DNA of 64,000 bases from an uncultured virus (IMG/VR IMGVR_UViG_3300044858_002168) (Duplodnaviria; Heunggongvirae; Uroviricota; Caudoviricetes): positions 1 to 64,000 of IMG/VR virus record IMGVR_UViG_3300044858_002168, one strand, 5' to 3'. Positions 21,351 to 30,967 of this stretch are shown in pieces. Position numbers and translations under genes: made by a program. The notes under the pieces were generated by a model. The model was given only the letters and a program-made list of their open reading frames with translations, did not search any database and was not told where the DNA came from. Every line of letters begins with the position of its first letter. Positions within the stretch are counted from its first letter, which is position 1.

Positions 21351-22718
21351 ATGTTGCTAACCCTGCTCCAATCCGGCGGGGCAGGTCCTGGGTTTGTCTC
21401 TGGCAATCTCATAGCTTCAGAAACTGGTTTAGACTCTTGCGTCATAACAGGAGTACTACCAGTTTCTGGTAGTCTGGCCTCCTCAGAGACCGGCAATGAT
21501 ATATCTTCCACAACTGGTAAGTTGACAGTACGTGGTAACTTAAACACTTCAGAAACCGGAAGCGATAGTTTTGCAGGAGCCAGTTCGGCACCTAGCGGTA
21601 TAACCGGTAGTTTGACAGCCAGCGAGACTGGTACGGACACAGCAGTTTTAACAGCCAAAGCACTGGTTCGTGGCTCACTAGCGGTCAGCGAAACTGGTAC
21701 GGACACAGCAGTTTTAACAGCCAAAGTACTGGTTCGTGGTTCACTAGCAGTCAGTGAGACTGGGTCTGACGTATCAAGTAGCTCTGGCAAAGTATTGGTA
21801 AAAGGTTCTCTGGCTCGTAGTGAGAGTGGAACTGATACTTTTAGTGCTACTAGTACTGCACCAAGTGCCCGAACTGGTACTCTACAAGCCGCAGAAACTG
21901 GTACAGATACTACAACAATCGTTGCTAAAAACATAGTACGTGGCTCATTAGCAGTCAGTGAAACTGGTACAGATACCTCTGCCCTAACAGGTAAGTTGGT
22001 AACACGTGGTAGCCTGAGTGTTAGTGAAACTGGAACGGATACCTCAACCTCAACGGGTAAGGTGGTCGTAAAAGGCTCACTCAGCCGTAGCGAAAACCCA
22101 GACACTACAGCTATTTCCGGCAAGGTATTGGTAAGGGGGTCACTGTCCGGCAGCGAGGGTTCAGACACTGCCCTCTTGGTAGGTAAAGTACTAGTACAAG
22201 GAACCACTGGCCTACAGGAAATAGGATTCGATAGTGCTCAAGGCATAGCAAAACTCAGAGTGTTGGGTACCTTGGGCAGCACAGAGTCTGGTTCTGATTC
22301 TGCCAATATTATAGCAAAACTAGTTAATAGAGGTAGTTTTGCAAGCAGTGAAACTGGGCTTGATACTGCCGAGGTCGTAGCAAAATTAGTCAACAGGGCT
22401 AATTCTTCACAAGTTATTGACTTCTTGTACAGCTCTGCAGCTGCTACTATTGTGAGCGGTAACAGTACCAATGTAATACCAATAACGGGATTTGCTAGTG
22501 CGTTAAGAATTGCACTGGCCTTGAAAGGTAATGATACATTTGTACAGAGTATTGACAGTACTACATTTATACAAAATATTGACAGTACTACAGTTATACA
22601 AAATATTGACAGTACTACATTTATACAAAATATTGACAGTACTACATTTATTGCTTACTCTGTATCCGATCCTATATTTATTACCTCTGAAGAGGTTGGG
22701 ATTACTGTTTACGAGTAA
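21351..22718 (+). CDS. 22-aa repeat (GSLAVSETGTD) virion protein
   Basis: More than a dozen degenerate 22-aa repeats of the same type as window bases 1-325. Confidence 0.75.
   Translation: MLLTLLQSGGAGPGFVSGNLIASETGLDSCVITGVLPVSGSLASSETGNDISSTTGKLTVRGNLNTSETGSDSFAGASSAPSGITGSLTASETGTDTAVLTAKALVRGSLAVSETGTDTAVLTAKVLVRGSLAVSETGSDVSSSSGKVLVKGSLARSESGTDTFSATSTAPSARTGTLQAAETGTDTTTIVAKNIVRGSLAVSETGTDTSALTGKLVTRGSLSVSETGTDTSTSTGKVVVKGSLSRSENPDTTAISGKVLVRGSLSGSEGSDTALLVGKVLVQGTTGLQEIGFDSAQGIAKLRVLGTLGSTESGSDSANIIAKLVNRGSFASSETGLDTAEVVAKLVNRANSSQVIDFLYSSAAATIVSGNSTNVIPITGFASALRIALALKGNDTFVQSIDSTTFIQNIDSTTVIQNIDSTTFIQNIDSTTFIAYSVSDPIFITSEEVGITVYE
22535..22650 (+). repeat. 27-bp coding tandem repeat, about 4 copies
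   Basis: attgacagtactacatttatacaaaat (IDSTTFIQN). Confidence 0.9.
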
Positions 22719-22730
22719 GAGGAATATTAT

Positions 22731-23216
22731 ATGCTAGAATTTGCAGCTAGTGGATTATTGGGCAGTTTATTTGGCGGATTGTTCCGTTTAGCCCCAGAAA
22801 TACTGAAGTTTTTTGATCGCAAAGATGACCGCAAACACGAACTGAGTATGTATGGCCTACAAATTGACTTGGAAAAGACAAAAGGTCAGGTCAAGATTGA
22901 AGAAAAGTACATAGACTACGGCATTGCCAACACTCAGGCTATTCAGAGTGCTTTTGAGAGTCAGGCCAAAGAGGCTTCCAACAGCTATCGCTGGGTAGCC
23001 GCACTGAGTGCTCTAGTCCGGCCAATGGTAACTTATGTACTATTTGGTATGTATGTGACATTTAAGATAATCGTTATCTCTTACGCAATGCAAAACGGTG
23101 CCAACTGGATTGACATTGCAAACAAGCACTGGACACCAGACGACTTTGCAATGTTGAACATGATACTCACATTCTGGTTTTTGGGCCGCAGTATTGAAAA
23201 GCGTAGTGGGTCATGA
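22731..23216 (+). CDS. Putative holin (3TM/GTA-holin-like)
   Basis: Hydrophobic segments, VRPMVTY...FWFLGRS motif, directly upstream of lysozyme. Confidence 0.65.
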   Translation: MLEFAASGLLGSLFGGLFRLAPEILKFFDRKDDRKHELSMYGLQIDLEKTKGQVKIEEKYIDYGIANTQAIQSAFESQAKEASNSYRWVAALSALVRPMVTYVLFGMYVTFKIIVISYAMQNGANWIDIANKHWTPDDFAMLNMILTFWFLGRSIEKRSGS

Positions 23217-23749
23217 CCCAAGAAGCCGTCAAACTGTGTACAGATGCCCTCTTACATCCCTTTGAGGGCTATCACAAACGTCTAGCAAATGGTGATTGTG
23301 AAAGCTATCCCGACCCAGCCAGTCCACTGGCTCGGGGTAAGTTTTCAAAGGTTGAAGTAGCAAATATGACACCTGACCAGCTGCTCAAAGCTGGGCACCC
23401 TTGGACTATTGGTTGGGGCATTACTGGCTCAGACATTGTGCCTGGACTGGTGTGGACGCGCCAGCAGGCAGATGAGCGATTTGAAAGAATGCTAAGCAAA
23501 TTTGTGAATGGGGCTGTCAGCCTCAGCCCCAACCTGTTAAATGAACCGCCCAGAAGGTTGGCGGCAATCATTAGTTTTTGTTATAACTGTGGCTTAGGTA
23601 ACTACAGAATTAGCACTCTGCGTAAGAGGGTCAATCAAGGCGACTGGTGGGGTGCTTATCACGAAATACAAAAATGGAATAAAGCGCAAGGTATTGTGTT
23701 AAATGGATTAACGCGCCGCCGCCTAGCAGAAGGCAAGTTTCTTCTCTAG
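23213..23749 (+). CDS. Endolysin, GH24 lysozyme
   Basis: FEG...YPD...WTIGWG, SFCYNCG, GLTRRRLAE. Confidence 0.9.
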   Translation: MTQEAVKLCTDALLHPFEGYHKRLANGDCESYPDPASPLARGKFSKVEVANMTPDQLLKAGHPWTIGWGITGSDIVPGLVWTRQQADERFERMLSKFVNGAVSLSPNLLNEPPRRLAAIISFCYNCGLGNYRISTLRKRVNQGDWWGAYHEIQKWNKAQGIVLNGLTRRRLAEGKFLL

Positions 23750-23776
23750 GTATTCTTCAACCAACCTTCAAAATCT

Positions 23777-24475
23777 ATGGCAAATTCAAGTGGCAAGAAA
23801 GCTCGCAGAGCAGCAAGTGAGGCCCCTAAATCCGAGTTCTTGACGAGAACAGGATTTAAGGAGGTAAAACCACTAAATTATATACAGGAAACGTATTTAA
23901 ATGCTATAAAAACCAATGAGATTGTCTTTGGTATTGGAAGTGCAGGCACAGGCAAAACCTATGTGGCTGCAAGCTATGCTGCAAGTGAACTCTTTCACCG
24001 TCGCGTGGAAAAGATCATTTTAACCAGACCCAACGTAGAAACAGGCAGAGGTTTGGGGTTTTTACCAGGTACACTGGAAGAAAAATACGAACCGTACCTA
24101 GATCCCTTTGATCAGGTGTTTCAACGGTCGTTGGGCAGTGGTTTTTACGAGTATGCTTTGAAGAGCAAAGCCATTGAACCACGTCCACTGGGATTTATGA
24201 GAGGTGCTACTTTTGATAATGCCATTGTGTTAGTAGATGAGGCTCAGAACGCCACAAAAACCGAGTTCAAAATGTTATTGAGTAGAATCGGTCGGAACAC
24301 AAAAATGATTATCAGTGGCGATCATGAACAGAGTGATATTGGTAACGACAGTGGCCTAACAGACGCAGTTACCAGACTAGAGGGTATAACCGGCATTGAA
24401 GTGGTCCGTTTCTTGGACAGCGACATTGTACGAAGCAAAATGTGTAAAGCCATCATCATGGCATATAAGAATTGA
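23777..24475 (+). CDS. phoH: PhoH-like ATPase
   Basis: GSAGTGKT Walker A, RGATF, DEAQN, IVRS. Confidence 0.95.
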   Translation: MANSSGKKARRAASEAPKSEFLTRTGFKEVKPLNYIQETYLNAIKTNEIVFGIGSAGTGKTYVAASYAASELFHRRVEKIILTRPNVETGRGLGFLPGTLEEKYEPYLDPFDQVFQRSLGSGFYEYALKSKAIEPRPLGFMRGATFDNAIVLVDEAQNATKTEFKMLLSRIGRNTKMIISGDHEQSDIGNDSGLTDAVTRLEGITGIEVVRFLDSDIVRSKMCKAIIMAYKN

Positions 24476-24635
24476 GGAGACCATGGCCAAAGAACTGTGT
24501 CCAAATATTAATTTGAGCAACTACTTGGCAGCGGTTCAGTACGCCAACTATGGGGCGGAGACGGTGGTCAGTCTTGGGCCAAAGCTAAGCGAGATCAAAT
24601 AGTAAGGGCTCGCGAAAACAACTAAGAGGTGATTT

Positions 24636-24968
24636 ATGCCAGATCCAACAAGTTATTTAACTGCTAAGGTCGCATCAATGATAGGCGGACTTTTTGGCGG
24701 ATTTGCAATCTTAACCTTCATCAGACCTAAAACTATTGGTGAAGCATTTATGAGAGGCGGAATGAGTGTTGGAAGTGCCATAGTATTTGCACAGCCCCTA
24801 CTAGAAGTGCTTGATTTGTCCAACAATTGGGAAACTCAGATGATGGGTGGGTTCTGTGTAGGCTTTCTATCCTATACAGTATTAGGAATGATAGCGAACT
24901 TCTTGCGAAAAAATCAAAACAAAGACATTGTACAAGCTGCAAAAGACGTTAAAGACGTCATAAAATGA
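24636..24968 (+). CDS. Membrane protein, possible second holin
   Basis: Three hydrophobic segments; GAGG RBS. Confidence 0.55.
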   Translation: MPDPTSYLTAKVASMIGGLFGGFAILTFIRPKTIGEAFMRGGMSVGSAIVFAQPLLEVLDLSNNWETQMMGGFCVGFLSYTVLGMIANFLRKNQNKDIVQAAKDVKDVIK

Positions 24969-25003
24969 AAAAAGCCCCTCAACTTGTGTTGAGGGGCTTT
25001 TTT
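24968..25003. terminator. Bidirectional terminator between convergent modules
   Basis: aaaaaagcccctcaac-ttgt-gttgaggggctttttt. Confidence 0.9.
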
Positions 25004-25161
25004 CATTTTTTCTCTGGCTTTTCTGACTTCTCCGGCAGCTGTTCTTTTGCCTGCTCTTGAAGTTTACGAGTCAGTGGATTAGCTACTTTAGCTGGTAATT
25101 CTTGTAATCCTGCCAAAATAATATTAGCTTCTTGCTCTGTTACCTTAAATGTTAATTCCAT
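25003..25161 (-). CDS. Small hypothetical protein (52 aa, not in track)
   Basis: MELTFKVTEQEANIILAGLQELPAKVANPL...; GAGG RBS. Confidence 0.7.
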   Translation of the reverse strand: MELTFKVTEQEANIILAGLQELPAKVANPLTRKLQEQAKEQLPEKSEKPEKK

Positions 25162-25171
25162 ATTTCCTCTT

Positions 25172-27136
25172 TTATTTTATGGGGCAAGCACCTGTAGTGC
25201 AGTCGTCTTGTACGATCTCATCAAAACTGTTGGCATTGTTGATATCAACGGGCAATAGGTTTTGAATGTACTCTTGATAGGTTTGTTCGTCTACTACTTC
25301 CTGTGGTAAATAGAGATAGCCTAAGTCTTTGGCAGTCTTTGTAGGGTCACTACGGAATAAGAAGCTTACCCCTACATAGCAATCCCAATTGTTTAATAGC
25401 CAGTTCTTAATACCCTCAACTTCGCTTGGATCGTAGCTGATAGTTACCGACGTATTTTGCTGAGTCCAGCTGGTCTGAATCATCTTGTAGCGTTCAAGTT
25501 GATGAATGGCACTTTCCAGGTTGACTTCCTTGCCATCTACCTTGTCAAAAGGCACATCATCCCATTTGACTGGAAATGTGACGAGTACGCCACTGGGGTC
25601 GGTGGGGTGATTGATCACTTTGTAGTTTGCTGCGCGCAACTTGTCTACTACTGGATCAAACTTTGAGAACTGTACGTTGTTAAAAATGTACTTTCCAAGA
25701 GGCTTGTGTACTCCTTCTGTGGTATCCATGATCTTGGATAGGGTTCCACTAGGTTTGATACAAGTAATGTTCTTTGGTCTTGGTAACCCGAGTTCATCGG
25801 CCATCCCAACTGCGGCAGCAGTTGCTGTACGCTTAAGATATTCATAGTCATAGCCTGTCATGTCAGGACGTTTTACAATGCCGGTCAGACCTACTCCACA
25901 CAGGCGTAGGAAGTAGTTGTTCAAATGCCAGCTCTCTTGTAAGATACCATCCTTTAGGTTTACACAAGTCTGGCGATAATTTGCGCGAGCAGCCAGCCTG
26001 ATAGCTTCATGCATTCCTGCATTGTTGCCTTTAAACTTGCCAATGTCTGTTTCTGTCAAGTTGCAAAAGCTCTTGTTGCCTAATAGAATTTCTACACAAG
26101 GATTGCAACCAGCAAACCAAGGAGCACGACGAAGAGCTTCGACTGCATTGATAAAGCCCGGCTCGCTGCCGCCTGCGTCCAACATCAAGTCAAAGATTTG
26201 ACTGATTTCTTCATATGTAGGCTTTTTGCGGAATACTAAGCTATTATTGCTCTGTTGGCGCTGACTGTTTCCATGCAGCCACCAATCTTTCTTGGCTAGG
26301 GCAAATTCTTTCCACTCGGGCTGGTCGTATTCAAAAAGAGCAATTTCAGCACTTCTACGACTAGAGAGTATAGTCCCAAGCCAATTAACAATGTCGAGAA
26401 TATCCATCCGAGTAAGAAGGCTATCGGCACGACCATTAAGAATACGGGCAATAGCACTATAAGCCACGCTAATCGCTTCGTCGCCACTTGAAATCCATCC
26501 ATAACCCTTTAGCCTTTCACCAGCAGGTCGTAATTGACTAAAGTCCAACACCAAGGTTTCTGCCGGGTATTTACCCGCAAGCAGCTTGCCAATAGACTTT
26601 GCCCAAGCTTCTGCACTATCACCAACTTGAATTGTCCAAGTTTTTGTATCTTGGTCCCAGGTTTCCACATTGTGTTCATTTCCACCCTTTTCAGTTCGTG
26701 TACTACGAACAGTTCTGATGTTCTTGATGGGCTTTGAAAAACCGTTCAAGGTGCCTACAACTGGCTTGAACCCAACACCGCAGCCTTGTAGCAACAGCCA
26801 TAACACGTCTACTACGTCGTATACTGTTTCTACACAGGTAAAGCTACAATTGAATTGACTAGCTTCACGAGTCTTAGCAACGTCTGTACCACCCAACCAC
26901 AACGTGCGGCCACTGGTCAACACCTTGCGATCCAACATCAACTGTTCTAGATCGTACAGTTCTGCGTATTCCTGATCGCTTAGTTCATCACCTTTTGCTC
27001 GAAGCCACAGCCATTCTTGGTGATCAATCACTCGTGCAACTGTTTCTTGCCAGGTTTCAAAGTTTAAACCACTGTCGTCGGTAGGACGGTTATATGTACG
27101 CCGGGTTATTACTTGTGCTCTTGTACTTGGTACCAT
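25172..27136 (-). CDS. nrdJ: Class II (adenosylcobalamin) ribonucleotide reductase
   Basis: SGRTLW, NPCVEI, KPSGT, C-terminal CTTGACP; no small subunit nearby. Confidence 0.9.
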   Translation of the reverse strand: MVPSTRAQVITRRTYNRPTDDSGLNFETWQETVARVIDHQEWLWLRAKGDELSDQEYAELYDLEQLMLDRKVLTSGRTLWLGGTDVAKTREASQFNCSFTCVETVYDVVDVLWLLLQGCGVGFKPVVGTLNGFSKPIKNIRTVRSTRTEKGGNEHNVETWDQDTKTWTIQVGDSAEAWAKSIGKLLAGKYPAETLVLDFSQLRPAGERLKGYGWISSGDEAISVAYSAIARILNGRADSLLTRMDILDIVNWLGTILSSRRSAEIALFEYDQPEWKEFALAKKDWWLHGNSQRQQSNNSLVFRKKPTYEEISQIFDLMLDAGGSEPGFINAVEALRRAPWFAGCNPCVEILLGNKSFCNLTETDIGKFKGNNAGMHEAIRLAARANYRQTCVNLKDGILQESWHLNNYFLRLCGVGLTGIVKRPDMTGYDYEYLKRTATAAAVGMADELGLPRPKNITCIKPSGTLSKIMDTTEGVHKPLGKYIFNNVQFSKFDPVVDKLRAANYKVINHPTDPSGVLVTFPVKWDDVPFDKVDGKEVNLESAIHQLERYKMIQTSWTQQNTSVTISYDPSEVEGIKNWLLNNWDCYVGVSFLFRSDPTKTAKDLGYLYLPQEVVDEQTYQEYIQNLLPVDINNANSFDEIVQDDCTTGACPIK

Positions 27137-27144
27137 AATGTTCC

Positions 27145-27588
27145 TTAATTCTTTCCAGTACTGCCAAATCCGCCAGTACCGCGTTGTGTATCATTCCATT
27201 CTTCGTCTGACCAGTCGTCTACGTCAGGTTTTACCAATAGGATGGGCACTATTACAAGCTGCACAATTCGATCGCCTTGGTAAATAACAGGGTTAAAATT
27301 CTGTCCTCCAGTATACATGAGACTGGCCATAATCTCTCCACGATAGTCCGAATCAATCACGCCTACCGAGTTTGTCATTACGATCCCGCTCTTGCTCAGA
27401 GAGCTGCGCGGAATCAACATGCCTACATAACCCTGTGGAATTTTTACACTTACTCCTGTACCAATCAAAACTCTAATATTGAGAGGCATTTCGCAAGTGG
27501 ATCTGGCCCGCAAGTCTAATCCAGCATCTGTGGGATTGGCTCTGGTGGGCATGCAATCCGGGTTCTGTAATTTAGTTTTCATAAACAT
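27145..27588 (-). CDS. dut: Trimeric dUTPase
   Basis: DAGLDL, PRSS, GVIDSDYRG, RGTGGFGSTG. Confidence 0.95.
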   Translation of the reverse strand: MFMKTKLQNPDCMPTRANPTDAGLDLRARSTCEMPLNIRVLIGTGVSVKIPQGYVGMLIPRSSLSKSGIVMTNSVGVIDSDYRGEIMASLMYTGGQNFNPVIYQGDRIVQLVIVPILLVKPDVDDWSDEEWNDTQRGTGGFGSTGKN

Positions 27589-28426
27589 TTTTTAGTGTTT
27601 GGTTAATGGTTTCACAATTCGTTGGACCCAGTGCTTCGTCACAGAACTCTAATAGGTCCATTAGTTTATAGTTCAACATCAAGTTGTCAGCACCAAACTC
27701 GTTAAGGTTTTGTACATATTTATATCGACTAGCAATCGGCAAATTAGCAATGATATCCCAGGTACTGCCATACTGAGATACCAGAGTTTGCGCCTTTTTC
27801 GGACCAATTCCGGCGACACCAGGAATGTTATCACCGGAATCGCCAGTAAGGCACTTGATACTAATGTGATCAGCAGGATTGTACTCATAGTGTTCGTTCC
27901 AATTCTCTAATGTAATTTCTTTGCGTGTAACGTAGCTGAACCGCATCACGTCTTCACACACCAACAGGTCCCAGTCTCGGTCTGACGAGATCAACACCAC
28001 CTTGTCTATATCAAACTTTTTGCGGTGTTTGACAATATAGGCCCCAATGTCGTCAGCCTCACATTTGTCAAAACGAAACAGTGGATACTTTGATGAATTC
28101 TTGTAGTGATCCATGACACGATTGAACTCTGTGAAAAATCTTTCAAACGCAAGCTGTTCTTCTGGGGTTTGTTGATCAAACTTGTCTTTGCGGTTTTGCT
28201 TGTAGCCGGGATAAATACTCTTGCGATAGCTGCTGCTGCCACTGTCACAGGTCAGGATAACTTTGGCGGCTTTGTAGCTTTTGCGAAGGCTGTCTACTGT
28301 TCTGACATAGCTGTCGAGAAAGTCCGTATCACCACTATGCTTCCACCTAAAACCCAAGTTGAGACAGTCCACTATGATTGCAGTGTTAGGTTCCAGCTCT
28401 TGTACTTTGTTAAATTCAATACTCAT
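27572..28426 (-). CDS. D15: Flap endonuclease / 5'-3' exonuclease (T5 D15-like)
   Basis: EADD, SSDRD, GDSGDNIPGVAGIGPK. Confidence 0.9.
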   Translation of the reverse strand: MSIEFNKVQELEPNTAIIVDCLNLGFRWKHSGDTDFLDSYVRTVDSLRKSYKAAKVILTCDSGSSSYRKSIYPGYKQNRKDKFDQQTPEEQLAFERFFTEFNRVMDHYKNSSKYPLFRFDKCEADDIGAYIVKHRKKFDIDKVVLISSDRDWDLLVCEDVMRFSYVTRKEITLENWNEHYEYNPADHISIKCLTGDSGDNIPGVAGIGPKKAQTLVSQYGSTWDIIANLPIASRYKYVQNLNEFGADNLMLNYKLMDLLEFCDEALGPTNCETINQTLKNVYEN

Positions 28427-28474
28427 GTTGACTCTGTAGTTAATCTGTTATTATACAGCATACGAGACGGTTAT

Positions 28475-28927
28475 TCAAGACACAAATTTTGGTTTTTCTT
28501 GAACAATCCAGTCTTCTAGAATCGTTACATAGAACTCAAAACCGTTGCGACTGATGTACAAGAACGGAACGTGTGTTTCTGGTAGGGCCTCAAAAGCACA
28601 AAACAACTTACTGCGATCGTGTTTAAAGATGAGCAAGGGCTCGCGGTTTACTTGATCGGCTTGTCGTTTACACTGAGTCCACCACTCAAACAGCTGTGGG
28701 TTCTTATCTGTTAAGACTTTACTATTGAGGTGATCTTCTTTGTAGTGTTTACATTCTACGCACCACAGATTTGTAACGCCAGGCAGGTATAGATCACCTT
28801 TTAGCATGTGCTTAGGATCCAACGCGCCGCTGCCGGGAGTTCGCTCCCATTTAAGACCTGTCAATTCTCGAAGTTTATCTCTGATAACCGTTTCTGCTCT
28901 ACTGCCCTTGTCTCTGCTATCAACCAT
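28475..28927 (-). CDS. D14: Holliday junction resolvase-like nuclease (T5 D14-like)
   Basis: SRDKGSRAE...RTPGSGA...KGDL...VECK PD-(D/E)xK pattern; T5 synteny. Confidence 0.85.
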   Translation of the reverse strand: MVDSRDKGSRAETVIRDKLRELTGLKWERTPGSGALDPKHMLKGDLYLPGVTNLWCVECKHYKEDHLNSKVLTDKNPQLFEWWTQCKRQADQVNREPLLIFKHDRSKLFCAFEALPETHVPFLYISRNGFEFYVTILEDWIVQEKPKFVS

Positions 28928-30719
28928 TGTCTATCCTAGAAATGTTATTTTGTTTCATTACTGTAACCTTTTCTAGTAGAGGGTGTTGAAAGCCGTGACT
29001 TACTACAAAAGTATTTAGGTACTCTTCTTTGAGTAGTACTTCTACCAGCTTTTCTTTGCCTTCTAAGTCTAGGTTCTCAATGGTTTCGTCCAAGATTAAC
29101 AGATTGATGCGAGTATTGCTCAAACTCTGCATCAGCTTGCGTATGCCCAACAATGCTGCTGCATTAACTCTGGCTCTTTCACCGCCGCTCAGGGCTAGGA
29201 TTTCTATATCCTTGCCTTGATCTGTGATAACTACATTCAATTTATCACTGCCTGCAATTCTGAAACCCAACTGGAAACGACCGCCACTCAATTCGCCCAA
29301 GTACTCGTTGGTTGTAGACTCTAGGTCTTTTACTAAACACTCTATCTTGTAGGCAACCAGTCCTGTGCTACTAAATGTTTTTACCAAGACCTGTAGAGTA
29401 GACAGTTTGTCACTGGCTTCTTCTAGTTCACCTCTGTGTACAGCTAGGCTGGCTTCCATTTCTTCAAGCTGACTTAAAATAACGTCTACTTTGGCATTGT
29501 GAGCAATTGCTTTGTTGTTACTATCCGTAATCTTTTTAATCGTGTCTTTGATTTGCTGTATAGAAACTTCTGTAGACTTGATGGTTTGTTCCAGAGTCTT
29601 TTTATCTAGTAACTCAGTAGTAATATTGGGATCATACAGAGCATGGTATTCTTCGTATAGCTCTTTGGTTTCGTTTAGCTTTTCCCACTCTTTGACCTCA
29701 AGTTCTAGGTTACGAATCAGTGCTTCAAGTTCTTGAACTCTGACACTAGCACTAGCCTTGGAAGACCTTTGCTCTTCTAATAGATCATCTATTTTGTGTT
29801 TGTCAATGTCTTGTAGACAAGTAGGACATACACTACCCAACTTACCCATCTTGGAAATAAAACTGTCACAATCTTTGACAGTTTTAGCAAGCTCAATCTT
29901 TTCACAAGTATACTCGGGTATTTGACTACCAGGTTTTGCACCAACTGGTTGTAGTACTAAGCTTTCTAACAATTCTTTGTACTTATTGTTTTGTACAATT
30001 GCTTTGTTTTTGGCTTCAATGTCTCTGAGGGTATCACGAACAGTCTGACAGACCTCTTCCAACTCTTTTGGTTGATCTGGTACTGGCTGTACTTCTTGTT
30101 CTGTCAAATCAGCAGCTCGGTACTTCTTTAGCCAGTCGTCACAACTTGTTATCTTTGCATTTGCTGCTGTAACTGCTTTATCAACACCTGTAGCCAAGCC
30201 TTTAAACACATCTCCCAACTCTACATATTTTGTTAGGTTCAATAGGTCAATCAAAAACTTTTTACGATTGCCGTCTGTGGCAGTTAAAAACTCCAGGCTA
30301 GCACTACTACTTTGATACACAATCTGACAAAATGTCTTGTGATCGTAGCCAATAAGCTCTTCGATGGTCTTGTAGGTAGCAGTAGAAGTGTGACTACTAA
30401 TATCTTCGCCGTCGCATGTCAGTTTAACAGTTTGTGTGGCTCCACGAACTGTTTTGACAGTATAAGTTTTACCGTCTTTGTCAAACTCCAGTTCGATAGA
30501 GTAGTTTTTTGCCTTGACGTTGCGGTTTAAGATGTCTGCTTTCTTGATGCCTTTAGAATTCTTGTTGTAGACAACCTCTTCTAGGATCAGTGCAATACTA
30601 CTCTTACCGTGACCATTGCCACCAACAATCTGAGTCAGTGGGGAATTGTCAAAGTTTATCTCGTTATTTTCGCCGTAACTGAAGGGATTGCTCCACTTCA
30701 TCTTTTTGAGAACAATCAT
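28920..30719 (-). CDS. D13: SbcC/Rad50-like ATPase (T5 D13-like)
   Basis: GGNGHGKSS, CPTC zinc hook, LSGGE, LILDE. Confidence 0.92.
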   Translation of the reverse strand: MIVLKKMKWSNPFSYGENNEINFDNSPLTQIVGGNGHGKSSIALILEEVVYNKNSKGIKKADILNRNVKAKNYSIELEFDKDGKTYTVKTVRGATQTVKLTCDGEDISSHTSTATYKTIEELIGYDHKTFCQIVYQSSSASLEFLTATDGNRKKFLIDLLNLTKYVELGDVFKGLATGVDKAVTAANAKITSCDDWLKKYRAADLTEQEVQPVPDQPKELEEVCQTVRDTLRDIEAKNKAIVQNNKYKELLESLVLQPVGAKPGSQIPEYTCEKIELAKTVKDCDSFISKMGKLGSVCPTCLQDIDKHKIDDLLEEQRSSKASASVRVQELEALIRNLELEVKEWEKLNETKELYEEYHALYDPNITTELLDKKTLEQTIKSTEVSIQQIKDTIKKITDSNNKAIAHNAKVDVILSQLEEMEASLAVHRGELEEASDKLSTLQVLVKTFSSTGLVAYKIECLVKDLESTTNEYLGELSGGRFQLGFRIAGSDKLNVVITDQGKDIEILALSGGERARVNAAALLGIRKLMQSLSNTRINLLILDETIENLDLEGKEKLVEVLLKEEYLNTFVVSHGFQHPLLEKVTVMKQNNISRIDNG

Positions 30720-30967
30720 TGACCTTCCTTGAAGTACTTGACTAGTTCATTAAATCCACCCACATAGTAGTTACCCACAAATATTTGTGGAACGCTACGA
30801 GCATCTGGCACCAATTCTAATAAGTGCTTTTTAGTCCATGGACCAGACGCATCTAGTTTTCTGACTTCTACTGTATAACCTTTTGATTTTAGCAAAGACA
30901 CTGCATTGTTGCAAGCAAAACAATTTTCTTGACTGTATACAATTGCATTAGTTAATTCTGTGTTCAT
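30716..30967 (-). CDS. Glutaredoxin
   Basis: CFAC, SVPQIF, VGGF. Confidence 0.88.
   Translation of the reverse strand: MNTELTNAIVYSQENCFACNNAVSLLKSKGYTVEVRKLDASGPWTKKHLLELVPDARSVPQIFVGNYYVGGFNELVKYFKEGQ

Noticed and set aside
21323..22207. 294-aa minus-strand ORF and other antisense or tRNA-overlapping track ORFs
   Set aside because: Shadows of repetitive or real genes on the other strand or frame, or spanning tRNA genes, with no RBS or motifs.
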